Part shown: piece after piece, positions 29,386 to 38,143 of the stretch
How positions within the stretch are numbered: position 1 is the stretch's first letter
How the letters are laid out: every line of letters starts with the position of its first letter
Assembly (NCBI GenBank): GCA_021788625.1
Contig: JAJYKL010000011.1
Span: 2,200 to 66,199 of the forward strand
DNA length: 64,000 nt
Direction: 5' to 3'
Source: Chloroflexota bacterium
Lineage (GTDB): Bacteria; Chloroflexota; Anaerolineae; J036; Brachytrichaceae
Program-made: the position numbers and the translations under genes
The notes under the pieces: generated by a model
The model's database searches: none
What the model was told of the DNA's origin: nothing
The model's input: only the letters and a program-made list of their open reading frames with translations

Positions 29386-30657
29386 CTAACGCGTCAAAGC
29401 TTGCTCGGCCGTTGTTAAAATCGGATCGTTTTGGTTTGTGTACGTCTCCCAGTCCTGGTTCGATACGATATCGGGTTGAATACCGTGTTTGTACCAGCTT
29501 ACATTCTTAACCCCACGAATATCGCCAGCCGGGATCAGTACCTGGGCTCCGGTGTTGGGCAATGAGACAGGTAGCAGGATCGGCGCGCTGCCAGGGGTGC
29601 GATTGCCAATGATCTTGGCTCGTCCCAGGTCCTGTAGAATTCCGGCAAACGATTCCGCTTCTCCCCGCGTTTGATCACTCACCAGCACCACCATAGGAAT
29701 AATCTGAGATCCCGCAATGTTCTTTCCTGTAATCTGGATTGGTGTTTTGCCGCTTCGCGTATAAAGCGTGCCGACATGACCGTTGACAAATAACTCCAGC
29801 AATCCTGTGAAGGGGAAGTTACCATTCTGTATGGTACGCAGATCCAGGATCAATCCATCCGGCTCCTGCGGGTTGGACAGGTCACGCAAACCTTGAGCGA
29901 TATCAAGCGGGGTCGCTTCAGCATCTGTCAAATCCGGAAGGATGTAAGCGAGGTTGGTGTTGGGAAGACGCTCCACGATTGACTGGCTGGTCGTGGTAAT
30001 AGGCGCACGTGTCACGATCACATCGCGATTGGCTTTCCCTGGTGTATGGATGGTAAGGGTGACTTGCGATCCGCTGGGTCCGCGTACGCGGGAGAGAACA
30101 TTGTTCCGGTCGGTATATTTCACAGGTTGTCCGTCCACTCGCAAGATGGAATCGTGAGCCTGTATACCGGCCGCCTCAGCCGGTGAACCAGCGTAGACCT
30201 TCAACACCAGGATGCGATTCATGTTCGGTTCGGGTAAAGCGACCTGCACTCCAATCCCCGAAAAAGTGCCAGACACATTCGACGATGCGCTGGGTGAAGT
30301 GGATGTGACAGGACGAATCACCACCAGGTCATCGTCATGAAGTGAGCTGAGCAGTCCATCAAGCGCATCGAAGAAACGCGTGTTATCCACGCCTTGTAGA
30401 ATACGGTCACGGTAAGTGGTTACGGCAGCCTGCCATGTGGTCCCTGATAAGTTGCTGTCGAGGTACTTCGTCTGGATTGCCTGCACGACCAGGTTGTAGT
30501 CACTCAGTTGTTCCTGAGTGCTCTTCGGCAGACCTGGTGGGATGGCGGGGGTGGGAGGTGTGCGGTTCAGAAGCGACGGAGCGCAGGCTGTCAGGGTGAT
30601 TACAAGTGTCAGAAAAACCGCTACCAATCGCCGCAACCGGTCATTGCGTATGGTCAT
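29386..30657 (-). CDS. S41 (C-terminal processing peptidase)-like protein with a PDZ domain; the catalytic dyad appears substituted
   Basis: Signal/anchor LVAVFLTLVITLTAC. S41 N-terminal motif FFDALDGLLSSLHDDDL. PDZ segment GIGVQVA...VLKVYAGSPAEAAGIQAHDSILRVDGQPV. Peptidase core VVLVSDQTRGEAESFAGILQDLGRAKIIGNRTPG. Confidence 0.7.
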   Translation of the reverse strand: MTIRNDRLRRLVAVFLTLVITLTACAPSLLNRTPPTPAIPPGLPKSTQEQLSDYNLVVQAIQTKYLDSNLSGTTWQAAVTTYRDRILQGVDNTRFFDALDGLLSSLHDDDLVVIRPVTSTSPSASSNVSGTFSGIGVQVALPEPNMNRILVLKVYAGSPAEAAGIQAHDSILRVDGQPVKYTDRNNVLSRVRGPSGSQVTLTIHTPGKANRDVIVTRAPITTTSQSIVERLPNTNLAYILPDLTDAEATPLDIAQGLRDLSNPQEPDGLILDLRTIQNGNFPFTGLLELFVNGHVGTLYTRSGKTPIQITGKNIAGSQIIPMVVLVSDQTRGEAESFAGILQDLGRAKIIGNRTPGSAPILLPVSLPNTGAQVLIPAGDIRGVKNVSWYKHGIQPDIVSNQDWETYTNQNDPILTTAEQALTR

Positions 30658-30660
30658 GCC

Positions 30661-30894
30661 TCAGTCATCACCTATAACCTTCTGCACCAGCGTCAAGATG
30701 AGCCATACAAATAGAGCTAAAACCGCTCCAGCCAGAAGGCAAAGTATACTGGCAGTTGCGGCGGAAGGGCCATACAGCAACGCAACAAAGATACCCCCAA
30801 CGACGACCAACCCGATTATGACTAACAACAGCCCGCGGTTATTAAAATCACGCCTTAGCTTTCGCATGTCCGTGGGCGGACGCTCCGGAGTCAT
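30661..30894 (-). CDS. Small membrane protein (two TM helices), 3 nt upstream of the S41-like gene
   Basis: GLLLVIIGLVVVGGIFVALLYG and ILCLLAGAVLALFVWLILTLV helices. I chose the internal ATG at 30894 to avoid a 5'-5' overlap with the divergent gene. The track start is 30939. Confidence 0.4.
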   Translation of the reverse strand: MTPERPPTDMRKLRRDFNNRGLLLVIIGLVVVGGIFVALLYGPSAATASILCLLAGAVLALFVWLILTLVQKVIGDD

Positions 30895-30912
30895 GCCATA
30901 ATTATACTGTCC

Positions 30913-31878
30913 ATGGAACGAGAGACTGTATATTGCCATAAATGTGGTTCACCGATGCGTTTGACTGAGGTGGAAGGCAGGTCGCGCTGGCAGTGCCCGT
31001 CCTGTGGTTACGTGCAATATGAAAACCCAGTACCTGGCGTTGGTATCCTCATCGAACATGGCGGGAAATTGGTGCTGGTGCAACGTGATCGTCCACCACG
31101 CCAGGGCGAATGGGCCTTACCCTCGGGATTTATCGAAGCGGACGAGAGTGTGGAGCAGGCGGCTGTGCGTGAAGCACGGGAAGAGACTGGCCTAGACATC
31201 GAACTGATCGAGTTATTTGGCGTTTACTCGTTCCCTGAAGGACCTCCACGCAGCGGGCTGATTATTTTCTATCGGGCTCAGCCACTTGATGTCCATACCT
31301 TGCAAGCAGGTGATGATGCACGCGCTGTGGCTCTGTTCGCACCCGATGAATTTCCCCCTATCTGCTTTCGAACCCACCGTGAGGTGATCGCACGCTGGCG
31401 CGAGGTGCACCAGCAGATGGCACCGGGTAACGAAGTCATTGGACCATCCGGCATGCTTGTTCGGCGTGTCCGTCCAGATGACTACGAACAGGTCGTGAGG
31501 CTGATGAAGCTTATCCCTGCCGAAGCTGCTATGACACCGGCGGAAGGAGAACACGTACTGGCTGAGCTGCGCAGCAACACAAGTTTGGAGGTATGGGTTG
31601 TCGAGTCCGATGCGCATGAATTGGTTGCATTCTGTGCACTGTCTTTTGCAAAGACATTGTCTGAAACACGCGCCTGGCTCGATGCGCTGGCTGTAGAGAC
31701 AGGATTCCGCCGGCGTGGAGTGGGGCGTACTTTGTTTGAGCTCGCCATGCGCCGGGCACGCACTCGCGGTGCCGACCAATTGCTGGTGGATAGCTCGCGT
31801 GGCAGCCCCGTCGCGCAAGACTTCTACCGTGCTGTTGGCTTCGGAGCAGAAGAAGTCGAACGCATTCGTATCCGCTAA
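30913..31878 (+). CDS. Zinc-ribbon / NUDIX hydrolase / GNAT acetyltransferase fusion protein
   Basis: CHKCGSPM...WQCPSCGY zinc ribbon. Nudix box GFIEADESVEQAAVREAREETGL. GNAT motif LAVETGFRRRGVGRTLFELA. Confidence 0.8.
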   Translation: MERETVYCHKCGSPMRLTEVEGRSRWQCPSCGYVQYENPVPGVGILIEHGGKLVLVQRDRPPRQGEWALPSGFIEADESVEQAAVREAREETGLDIELIELFGVYSFPEGPPRSGLIIFYRAQPLDVHTLQAGDDARAVALFAPDEFPPICFRTHREVIARWREVHQQMAPGNEVIGPSGMLVRRVRPDDYEQVVRLMKLIPAEAAMTPAEGEHVLAELRSNTSLEVWVVESDAHELVAFCALSFAKTLSETRAWLDALAVETGFRRRGVGRTLFELAMRRARTRGADQLLVDSSRGSPVAQDFYRAVGFGAEEVERIRIR

Positions 31879-31946
31879 CGTTGAATCGGGTTTCTCCGGG
31901 GCGTTCGCTCAGGTCGACCTTCGTGATTCGATTCAGCTAGTGCCCT

Positions 31947-33293
31947 TCACAGGTTGACCTCACCTGCTTCTACGCGCTTTTGGCCACTGGCTTTGACCGG
32001 TGCAAGAGTGATCTCGGGCATTTCCTCTCCTGCCAGCTCCATGCGCCATACCAGACGTTCCCGCAGCCTCTCCGCCACACGTGCGTGCGATTCATAGCCG
32101 ATCAGGTTTCGCTGTTCATAGGGATCGAATTGCAGATCGTAAAGAAACTGCTCTACGTATCGATCTGAGCCGGGATCAGAGACTGGATTCCGGTCTGGTG
32201 CGTAGACCGAGTACTTCCACCGATGCGTGCGGATGGCACGGCCAACTTGATCTTCACTGATTTGCACGAAAATGTCGTCCGGCCACGTCGTGGGTTGACG
32301 ACGCAGGAGTGGCATTATCGATCGCCCCTGCATCTCAGCGGGCACAGGAAGACCGCATGCATCCAGCAGGGTGGGCGGTAAGTCGACGAGACTGACCATT
32401 TCGCGCAGTTGCCCTCCGCTATCAAATCCCGGTCCACATAGCGCCATGGGCACTCGGATGGAGCTCTCGTGACAGGAACGCTTGTATTCACTGTTGCGGG
32501 TCTTGAAGTGGCATCCGTGATCACTGGTGAACAGGAGAATCGTATTGGTATCGAGGAGCAGGCTCTTGAGTGCATCGCGTATCCGGCCTAAAGCTTCGTC
32601 CAATCGTTTTACCATGCCAAAATACCCACCCAAATGCTGGTGGGCTGACCCGCCCAACTCTGCCAGGTCTGGAGGTACCCAACGCCCGGCGTAGCGATCG
32701 CGGTAGCCATCCGGCGGTGGGTAGTCATCCACGCGGTTCTGGAAATGAGGTTCCAGGTAGGAGATGAAGAGGAAGAAAGGCTCGCTCTGGTGTGCGTCCA
32801 GGTAACGAATGGCCGCATCGGTGAGTGCATCCACGCGATAGCCAGGCAATGTCACCGCTCGATTGTCGTTATCGTACATTACCGTGTGGTAGGGTTCCGA
32901 CGTAAACTCCAATGCATTGGCGCCCAGCCAATCCTGATACCCGCCCCGTTGTTGCTCCGGCACTGGGTCCTTGTCTGCCAGGTGCCACTTGCCTATGTAT
33001 GCGGTCCGATACCCAGCGGCACTAAAATGATGTGCCAGCGTCATCGCACCGGCAGGCAGTGCTATGCCGTTACGGAAGCAACCAACGCGAGTGGCATATA
33101 ACCCGGTTTGCAGGCAGGCCCGGGCAGGGCCGCATACTGGCTGCGGTGTGAAAGCATAGCGTACATGCGTGCCCTCCAATGCCATACGGTCGAAATGAGG
33201 AGTGAGCTCAAGCGGATTTCCATGCACACCGGTGGTGTCCCAGCGTTGCTGGTCGGTGAAAAAGACGACGACGTTCGGTGGGTGAGGTTCCAT
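31947..33293 (-). CDS. Cys-type sulfatase (formylglycine-dependent)
   Basis: PNVVVFFTDQQRWD, the CxPxR motif PVCGPARACLQTGLY, and LFTSDHG. The start is either ATG 33293 or ATG 33356. The latter would overlap the upstream gene by 32 nt. Confidence 0.85.
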   Translation of the reverse strand: MEPHPPNVVVFFTDQQRWDTTGVHGNPLELTPHFDRMALEGTHVRYAFTPQPVCGPARACLQTGLYATRVGCFRNGIALPAGAMTLAHHFSAAGYRTAYIGKWHLADKDPVPEQQRGGYQDWLGANALEFTSEPYHTVMYDNDNRAVTLPGYRVDALTDAAIRYLDAHQSEPFFLFISYLEPHFQNRVDDYPPPDGYRDRYAGRWVPPDLAELGGSAHQHLGGYFGMVKRLDEALGRIRDALKSLLLDTNTILLFTSDHGCHFKTRNSEYKRSCHESSIRVPMALCGPGFDSGGQLREMVSLVDLPPTLLDACGLPVPAEMQGRSIMPLLRRQPTTWPDDIFVQISEDQVGRAIRTHRWKYSVYAPDRNPVSDPGSDRYVEQFLYDLQFDPYEQRNLIGYESHARVAERLRERLVWRMELAGEEMPEITLAPVKASGQKRVEAGEVNL

Positions 33294-33324
33294 GAGGTGC
33301 GATTGTATCAACGCTTGGTCGTGT

Positions 33325-34731
33325 CTAGACAGTCGTGATGCCGGGATGATGCGCATTGATCATTTCGGCAGCTACCTCGCGTCCCAGTCGTACCGCATAG
33401 TTGGTACCCCTGTCCCAGGGATAGACATGACTCATGCTGGCGAAAAAGAGACCCGCGATAGGTGTACGCGTAGATGGGATATTGTGCGAATGGTTAATAA
33501 ACGGAACCGGTTGTGCATACGGCTCCCTGAACACCCACGTTTGCCTCACCCAGCTTGGTTCGAAGTCAGGATTGAAGCGTTTAAGGGCAGGTAAGTATGT
33601 TTGGCACAGTTCTTCATCGCTCATCGCGAAATAGGGATGCGTGACGGGAATGTAGTCACCACAGTAAATCAGGTGTTGGCCACCGAAATGCTCGTTGGAT
33701 ACGAAGTTGGTGTGCTCACATAAAGCTAGAAAAGGGAACCCCGCACTCTTGGGCAGGTTGTGCCAGTAAAAACCCTGCCGGCTGAGCTGATGGTCCAGTG
33801 CCGCGATCATCACGACGGCTCCGAGTGATGTCAAGTTCTTTAAGGTGCCCAGATAATCCGCGGGTAACTGAGGTGCCAGCTGAGACATTAATCGCGGTGA
33901 TGTGGTGACAAGAACCTGGTCATAATGGATAGGCGCGGTTGGTGCTGCGGAACTGGACGGGCGGAGCATAACGTTCAGGCCATTTGTTTCACCAGCACGC
34001 TCGATCCGCTCAACCCTCGTTTCGTAATGAAGGACGGCCCCCTGCCGTTGTATATTGATCGCTAGCTCGTCGAAGAAAGCCTGAAACCCGCCGATGAACG
34101 TCCCGAGCCGTGGTGTGCGGGCTTTGATACGTGCCCACATCCATGCCATATTAACGGATTGGTATAGTTCGTCGCCGAACTTACCAACCAGTAATGGTTC
34201 CCAAAGTACCTGATAGCCTCGCCGGCCTGCCCAGCGGCTCAACCACTGGTGTGCTGTCTCGCGTTCCAGCTTACGCCAGTCGGATGTGAGTATCAGGTAG
34301 GCACCCAGAAAACCATAGCGTAACGTATCCACCGCAGAAAGGCCTGGGAACCTGAGCGCCAATAGTCCACGGGCCACGGTACCAGACAGGGGCACTCGGT
34401 CCAGCCAGGGCAGAGCGGGTATCAGTGTGGAGAGCGCGCCATCGAGCTGATAAAATCGGTCGCCGTAATACACCACCGTAACCGGCCGATTGAAAATCAT
34501 GCGATCGCGTACACCCATCTCCTCGCCCAACTTCAATACGTCGGCGTCGCTGGCAAACCAGTGATGGTAGAACTTTTCCAGCGACCAGTCCCATCCTGGT
34601 GCCTTGAAACCAGCTGCAAGACCACCTGGTTTAGCACCCGCCTCATAAAGAGTAACGCGGTGACCTGCGCGCACCAGGTCATACGCTGCTGCCAGCCCCG
34701 TCGCGCCTGCACCGATAATAGCGATCTCCAT
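33325..34731 (-). CDS. FAD/NAD(P)-binding oxidoreductase (phytoene desaturase / amine oxidase-like)
   Basis: Rossmann motif MEIAIIGAGATGLAAAYDLVRAGHRVTLYEAGAKPGGLA at the chosen ATG 34731. Confidence 0.75.
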   Translation of the reverse strand: MEIAIIGAGATGLAAAYDLVRAGHRVTLYEAGAKPGGLAAGFKAPGWDWSLEKFYHHWFASDADVLKLGEEMGVRDRMIFNRPVTVVYYGDRFYQLDGALSTLIPALPWLDRVPLSGTVARGLLALRFPGLSAVDTLRYGFLGAYLILTSDWRKLERETAHQWLSRWAGRRGYQVLWEPLLVGKFGDELYQSVNMAWMWARIKARTPRLGTFIGGFQAFFDELAINIQRQGAVLHYETRVERIERAGETNGLNVMLRPSSSAAPTAPIHYDQVLVTTSPRLMSQLAPQLPADYLGTLKNLTSLGAVVMIAALDHQLSRQGFYWHNLPKSAGFPFLALCEHTNFVSNEHFGGQHLIYCGDYIPVTHPYFAMSDEELCQTYLPALKRFNPDFEPSWVRQTWVFREPYAQPVPFINHSHNIPSTRTPIAGLFFASMSHVYPWDRGTNYAVRLGREVAAEMINAHHPGITTV

Positions 34732-34735
34732 ATGG

Positions 34736-35734
34736 CTATTTTGCCGCAGTGACGGACTCCTCAGCACGCCGGAAGTCCGCCCACTTCAGGCCTTCCCGCA
34801 GCATGAAAAACGCACCGAGCAGTGTCACAGGCAGCCAGAGCACCGCGTGCAAAACAAGGGTGTAGGCCGTGGCCAGCTCCTGCTTCACACCGAGTGATGA
34901 GATGATGCCGATTCCGGCCGAGTCAAAAGTGCCAACGTAACCAGGTCCCGAAGGAATGATCGTGGATAGGTTCGCCACTCCATTCACCAGCATTAAATCA
35001 ACAAACGAGAGGTTCAGAGTGAACGCGTGCATCACGAACCAGTACTTACAGGTCTCCAGTAGCCATGCCAGCACTGTGCTGGCAGCTATGGCCAGCAGGT
35101 CAGCTGGGCGCCTTAAGCTGCCTGCACCTTGCACAAAACGATTCACCATGGTCAACAGGCTGGCCTGGAAGTGATGCGGGATCACACGCGTAATCACGGC
35201 CTGTGCGATTCTACTGGCCATGCGCGGTGCAAGTGCCAGCCAGAAAAACACGCTGACGGCAGCGACAAATAGTGCAGATGCTAACAGTACGTATTCGTGG
35301 GCTGCGGACGGCAGATTCTGGACATTGGGCAGTCCAATCAGTACGAATGCAATCATGACGATGCCATCCATGATGCGTTCGATCAAGATGGTGGCCAGGC
35401 TGAACGCTATGGGCACGCCCTCGTTGCGGCGCAATACGTAGGCCCGTACCAGTTCGCCAGCGCGAGCGGGGTACACATTGTTGCCCATGTACCCTATGAC
35501 GACCGTCTCATAGAGCTTGCCATAGCGGACACGCTTTGAGGGACGTAACAGGTAGGACCAGCGCCATGTGCGCACGGCAACAGCCAGGAAATAGGTGGCG
35601 ATGCCGGGGAAGATCCACCACAGATCCGCATGGCGCAGGCTCTGCCATACATCGTTAAGTTGCAGACCTTTTAGCGATACATAGAGCAACGCAACGCTGA
35701 TGAGGACACCGACCCAGAAGATCCAACGGCGCAT
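34736..35734 (-). CDS. UPF0104 / lysylphosphatidylglycerol-synthase TM-region-like (flippase-like) membrane protein
   Basis: MRRWIFWVGVLISVALLYVSLKGL start, 8 or more TM helices, and GNNVYPARAGELVRAYVL motif. The chosen ATG at 35734 lies 1 nt after the upstream stop. Confidence 0.6.
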   Translation of the reverse strand: MRRWIFWVGVLISVALLYVSLKGLQLNDVWQSLRHADLWWIFPGIATYFLAVAVRTWRWSYLLRPSKRVRYGKLYETVVIGYMGNNVYPARAGELVRAYVLRRNEGVPIAFSLATILIERIMDGIVMIAFVLIGLPNVQNLPSAAHEYVLLASALFVAAVSVFFWLALAPRMASRIAQAVITRVIPHHFQASLLTMVNRFVQGAGSLRRPADLLAIAASTVLAWLLETCKYWFVMHAFTLNLSFVDLMLVNGVANLSTIIPSGPGYVGTFDSAGIGIISSLGVKQELATAYTLVLHAVLWLPVTLLGAFFMLREGLKWADFRRAEESVTAAK

Positions 35735-35735
35735 A

Positions 35736-37013
35736 TTAAGGTTTATCCACCTCTTGTTGGTTGTCGTTTGGGTTACCTGCCCGAGCAGGCCTGGCTGGTG
35801 CTGTGTGTGGCCAGTTCGCTGAGTAAAACGCCAGGTAATCTGGAATACGCGAAGCCCAATATGTGTCGTCGTGACCACCTTCGCCACTGCTAACAGTGTA
35901 AGTGATACCCCTGGCGTCCAGATCGGAGGTGAGCTGGGTCACGCCACGCTGAGCCCAATCGGTGCTGCCTGCATCGAGGAAGATACGCGTGGTCTTGACT
36001 AGATCGAGCGAGCGAATGTAACTCACCATGCTAAAGTTCGCCGGTGCACCGATCAATTCATCAGCGGTGATGGAAGGGCTATGCCCGCCGATTGCAGCGA
36101 ACAGGTCGGAGTGCGTGAAGCCGATCTCCAATGACCAGTATCCTCCACGCGAGATGCCCCCGATGGCGCGACCTTCACGCGAAGGCCAGGCGCCATATTT
36201 CGACTCAATCACGGGTATCAGATCATTGATCATAAAGTCTTCCCAGGAACCTTTCCCACCGGACGAGTACGTGTAGACGCTGCTGTCACCATAGTCCAGA
36301 TCGCTGGCAGGCATGACAATGATGAAGGGTGGGAGTGACCCCGCACTCATCTCCCGGTCTGCAACCTGCGTCACCCCATCGGCTGCCCACTCACCTATCG
36401 TAAAAGCACTGCCCTGGATCAAATAGAGGGCTGGATAGGTAAACCGGGTACTATCGTAGCACGGTGGCAGGTAGATCTGAACAGGTAGGGCGTGACCGAG
36501 TACTCGGCTGGTGATTGTGTCCGTGATCAGCTTGCCGGTTGTTTCAGCGCACCCGGATGCTCCTATGGTGAGCGATAGCTGGGTAGTCGATGAGACCGAT
36601 AGGGTGCTTGTGGCCAATGCCGTCGCGGTCAGGGTGATGCGGTCCGTAGGGGTCGGGGCTTGGGTTAAGGTCACCGTGGGTTCACTGGTCGCCAGGTCAA
36701 GTATCTGAGTGGGTACCGGGGTAGGGGATGCGGTGGGTGAGGTGGTGGGCGTTTCGTGCGCCGGCTGGGTAGCAGCTGGGGTGGCCGTATTGACTGACAC
36801 GCTCAGCGTAGTGGGAGCAGCCGCCTGGACACTGGCCGGTACCTCCTTCGATAGGTCCATGGCTACGGTTCCAGCCGTTCTGGAACTCTCTACCAACACG
36901 AAGCCCAGATCGATAAACAGAAGGATCACCAGCGCAACCGCAAACTTCGAAAGTCGGCTTGGTGCTGTAGATGAAGGAACTGAATGGCCATCGTCTCGAA
37001 TCCGACTAGGCAT
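35736..37013 (-). CDS. Membrane-anchored esterase-family alpha/beta hydrolase with a Thr/Pro linker
   Basis: TM helix FAVALVILLFIDLGFVLV, then linker TPTTSPTASPTPVPT. Esterase core YPALYLIQGS...AIGGISRGGYWSLEIG...GGHD. The ATG at 37013 overlaps the lipA stop by 8 nt. Confidence 0.7.
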   Translation of the reverse strand: MPSRIRDDGHSVPSSTAPSRLSKFAVALVILLFIDLGFVLVESSRTAGTVAMDLSKEVPASVQAAAPTTLSVSVNTATPAATQPAHETPTTSPTASPTPVPTQILDLATSEPTVTLTQAPTPTDRITLTATALATSTLSVSSTTQLSLTIGASGCAETTGKLITDTITSRVLGHALPVQIYLPPCYDSTRFTYPALYLIQGSAFTIGEWAADGVTQVADREMSAGSLPPFIIVMPASDLDYGDSSVYTYSSGGKGSWEDFMINDLIPVIESKYGAWPSREGRAIGGISRGGYWSLEIGFTHSDLFAAIGGHSPSITADELIGAPANFSMVSYIRSLDLVKTTRIFLDAGSTDWAQRGVTQLTSDLDARGITYTVSSGEGGHDDTYWASRIPDYLAFYSANWPHTAPARPARAGNPNDNQQEVDKP

Positions 37014-38058
37014 TTCCTGTTGTGGGTCGGGCTGTAATGGTTTCACCTTGTTGATCCTGCGAAGCCTGTATCGATAACCAGCGCCTGGATAAGGCACGTG
37101 CCTGAAGCTCAGCCCGGAACGAGCTGCGCACGAGAGGTCCGCTCTCAACCCATTTGAAGCCCATGTCCTTGCCCACGCGACGAAATTCAGCAAACTCCTC
37201 GGGGTGCCAGTAACGTTCAACGGGCAGGTGCTGCTTGCTGGGTTGCATGTATTGGCCGATCGTCAGGATGTCCACGCCGGCTGTGCGCAGGTCACGCATG
37301 ACTGCCAGCACTTCGTCGGATGTTTCACCCAGTCCGAGCATGATGCCTGACTTGGTAATGGCATCGGGTTGAATGTGCTTGGCATTCGTGAGCGTAGTAA
37401 GTGCCCACTCGTAATGATCTTGAGGTTGCACCCGCTTGAACAACCGCGGGACTGTTTCCACATTGTGGTTCAGAATGTCCGGCTGTTCGCGCATGACCAT
37501 CTCCAATGCCGCAGAGGATCCTTTGAAGTCAGGCACGAGTACCTCTATAGTACAGGAGGGGTGAACCAACTGGATCTGCCGAATACACAATGCGAAGATG
37601 GGCGCACCCCCGTCGGCCCGCTCATCACGATTCACTGAGGTGATGACCACATGATCCAGGTTCATGGCTTTGACAGCCTGCGCCACCCGAAGTGGCTCAG
37701 CCCAATCAAGCGGTGAGGGGCGGCCCGTCTTGACATCGCAGAAGCCGCACGAGCGAGTACAGGTGTCACCCATGATCAGAAAGGTCGCCGTCCCCCGTGA
37801 CCAACAATCTGACATGTTGGGGCAGTTGGCTTCCTCACAGATCGTATGCAGGGCTTTACTCCGCATGAGCCGCTTCAGGTTGTGATAGGTTTCCCCGGAC
37901 GGTGCCCGTACCTTCAACCAATCCGGTCTGCGTAAAGGCACGGTGGCACCTGACGCAGCGGGAGAGCCGGCTTCGCCTTCTCTGAGCGGACGGATATCTT
38001 GATTTACCTTAACAAACCCCATTTCAGTTTTCGTTTCCATCCTCGTCACGCCCACCAT
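37006..38058 (-). CDS. lipA: Lipoyl synthase
   Basis: CEEANCPNMSDCW auxiliary-cluster motif and radical-SAM CTRSCGFCDV. Confidence 0.95.
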   Translation of the reverse strand: MVGVTRMETKTEMGFVKVNQDIRPLREGEAGSPAASGATVPLRRPDWLKVRAPSGETYHNLKRLMRSKALHTICEEANCPNMSDCWSRGTATFLIMGDTCTRSCGFCDVKTGRPSPLDWAEPLRVAQAVKAMNLDHVVITSVNRDERADGGAPIFALCIRQIQLVHPSCTIEVLVPDFKGSSAALEMVMREQPDILNHNVETVPRLFKRVQPQDHYEWALTTLTNAKHIQPDAITKSGIMLGLGETSDEVLAVMRDLRTAGVDILTIGQYMQPSKQHLPVERYWHPEEFAEFRRVGKDMGFKWVESGPLVRSSFRAELQARALSRRWLSIQASQDQQGETITARPTTGNA

Positions 38059-38143
38059 TCTAGTCTAGCTGGCTGGCTGGTACAGGTGTCAGAACGCAAA
38101 ACCTTCAGTGTGAACCGTGGATGAAGGTCATCTTAGAAAGCTC

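Noticed and set aside
30895-30939. A 5'-5' overlap of divergent genes. The track starts at 30939 (minus) and 30913 (plus) overlap by 27 nt.
   Set aside because: This is more likely a mis-called start. The small membrane protein has in-frame ATGs at 30894 and 30867 that remove the overlap.
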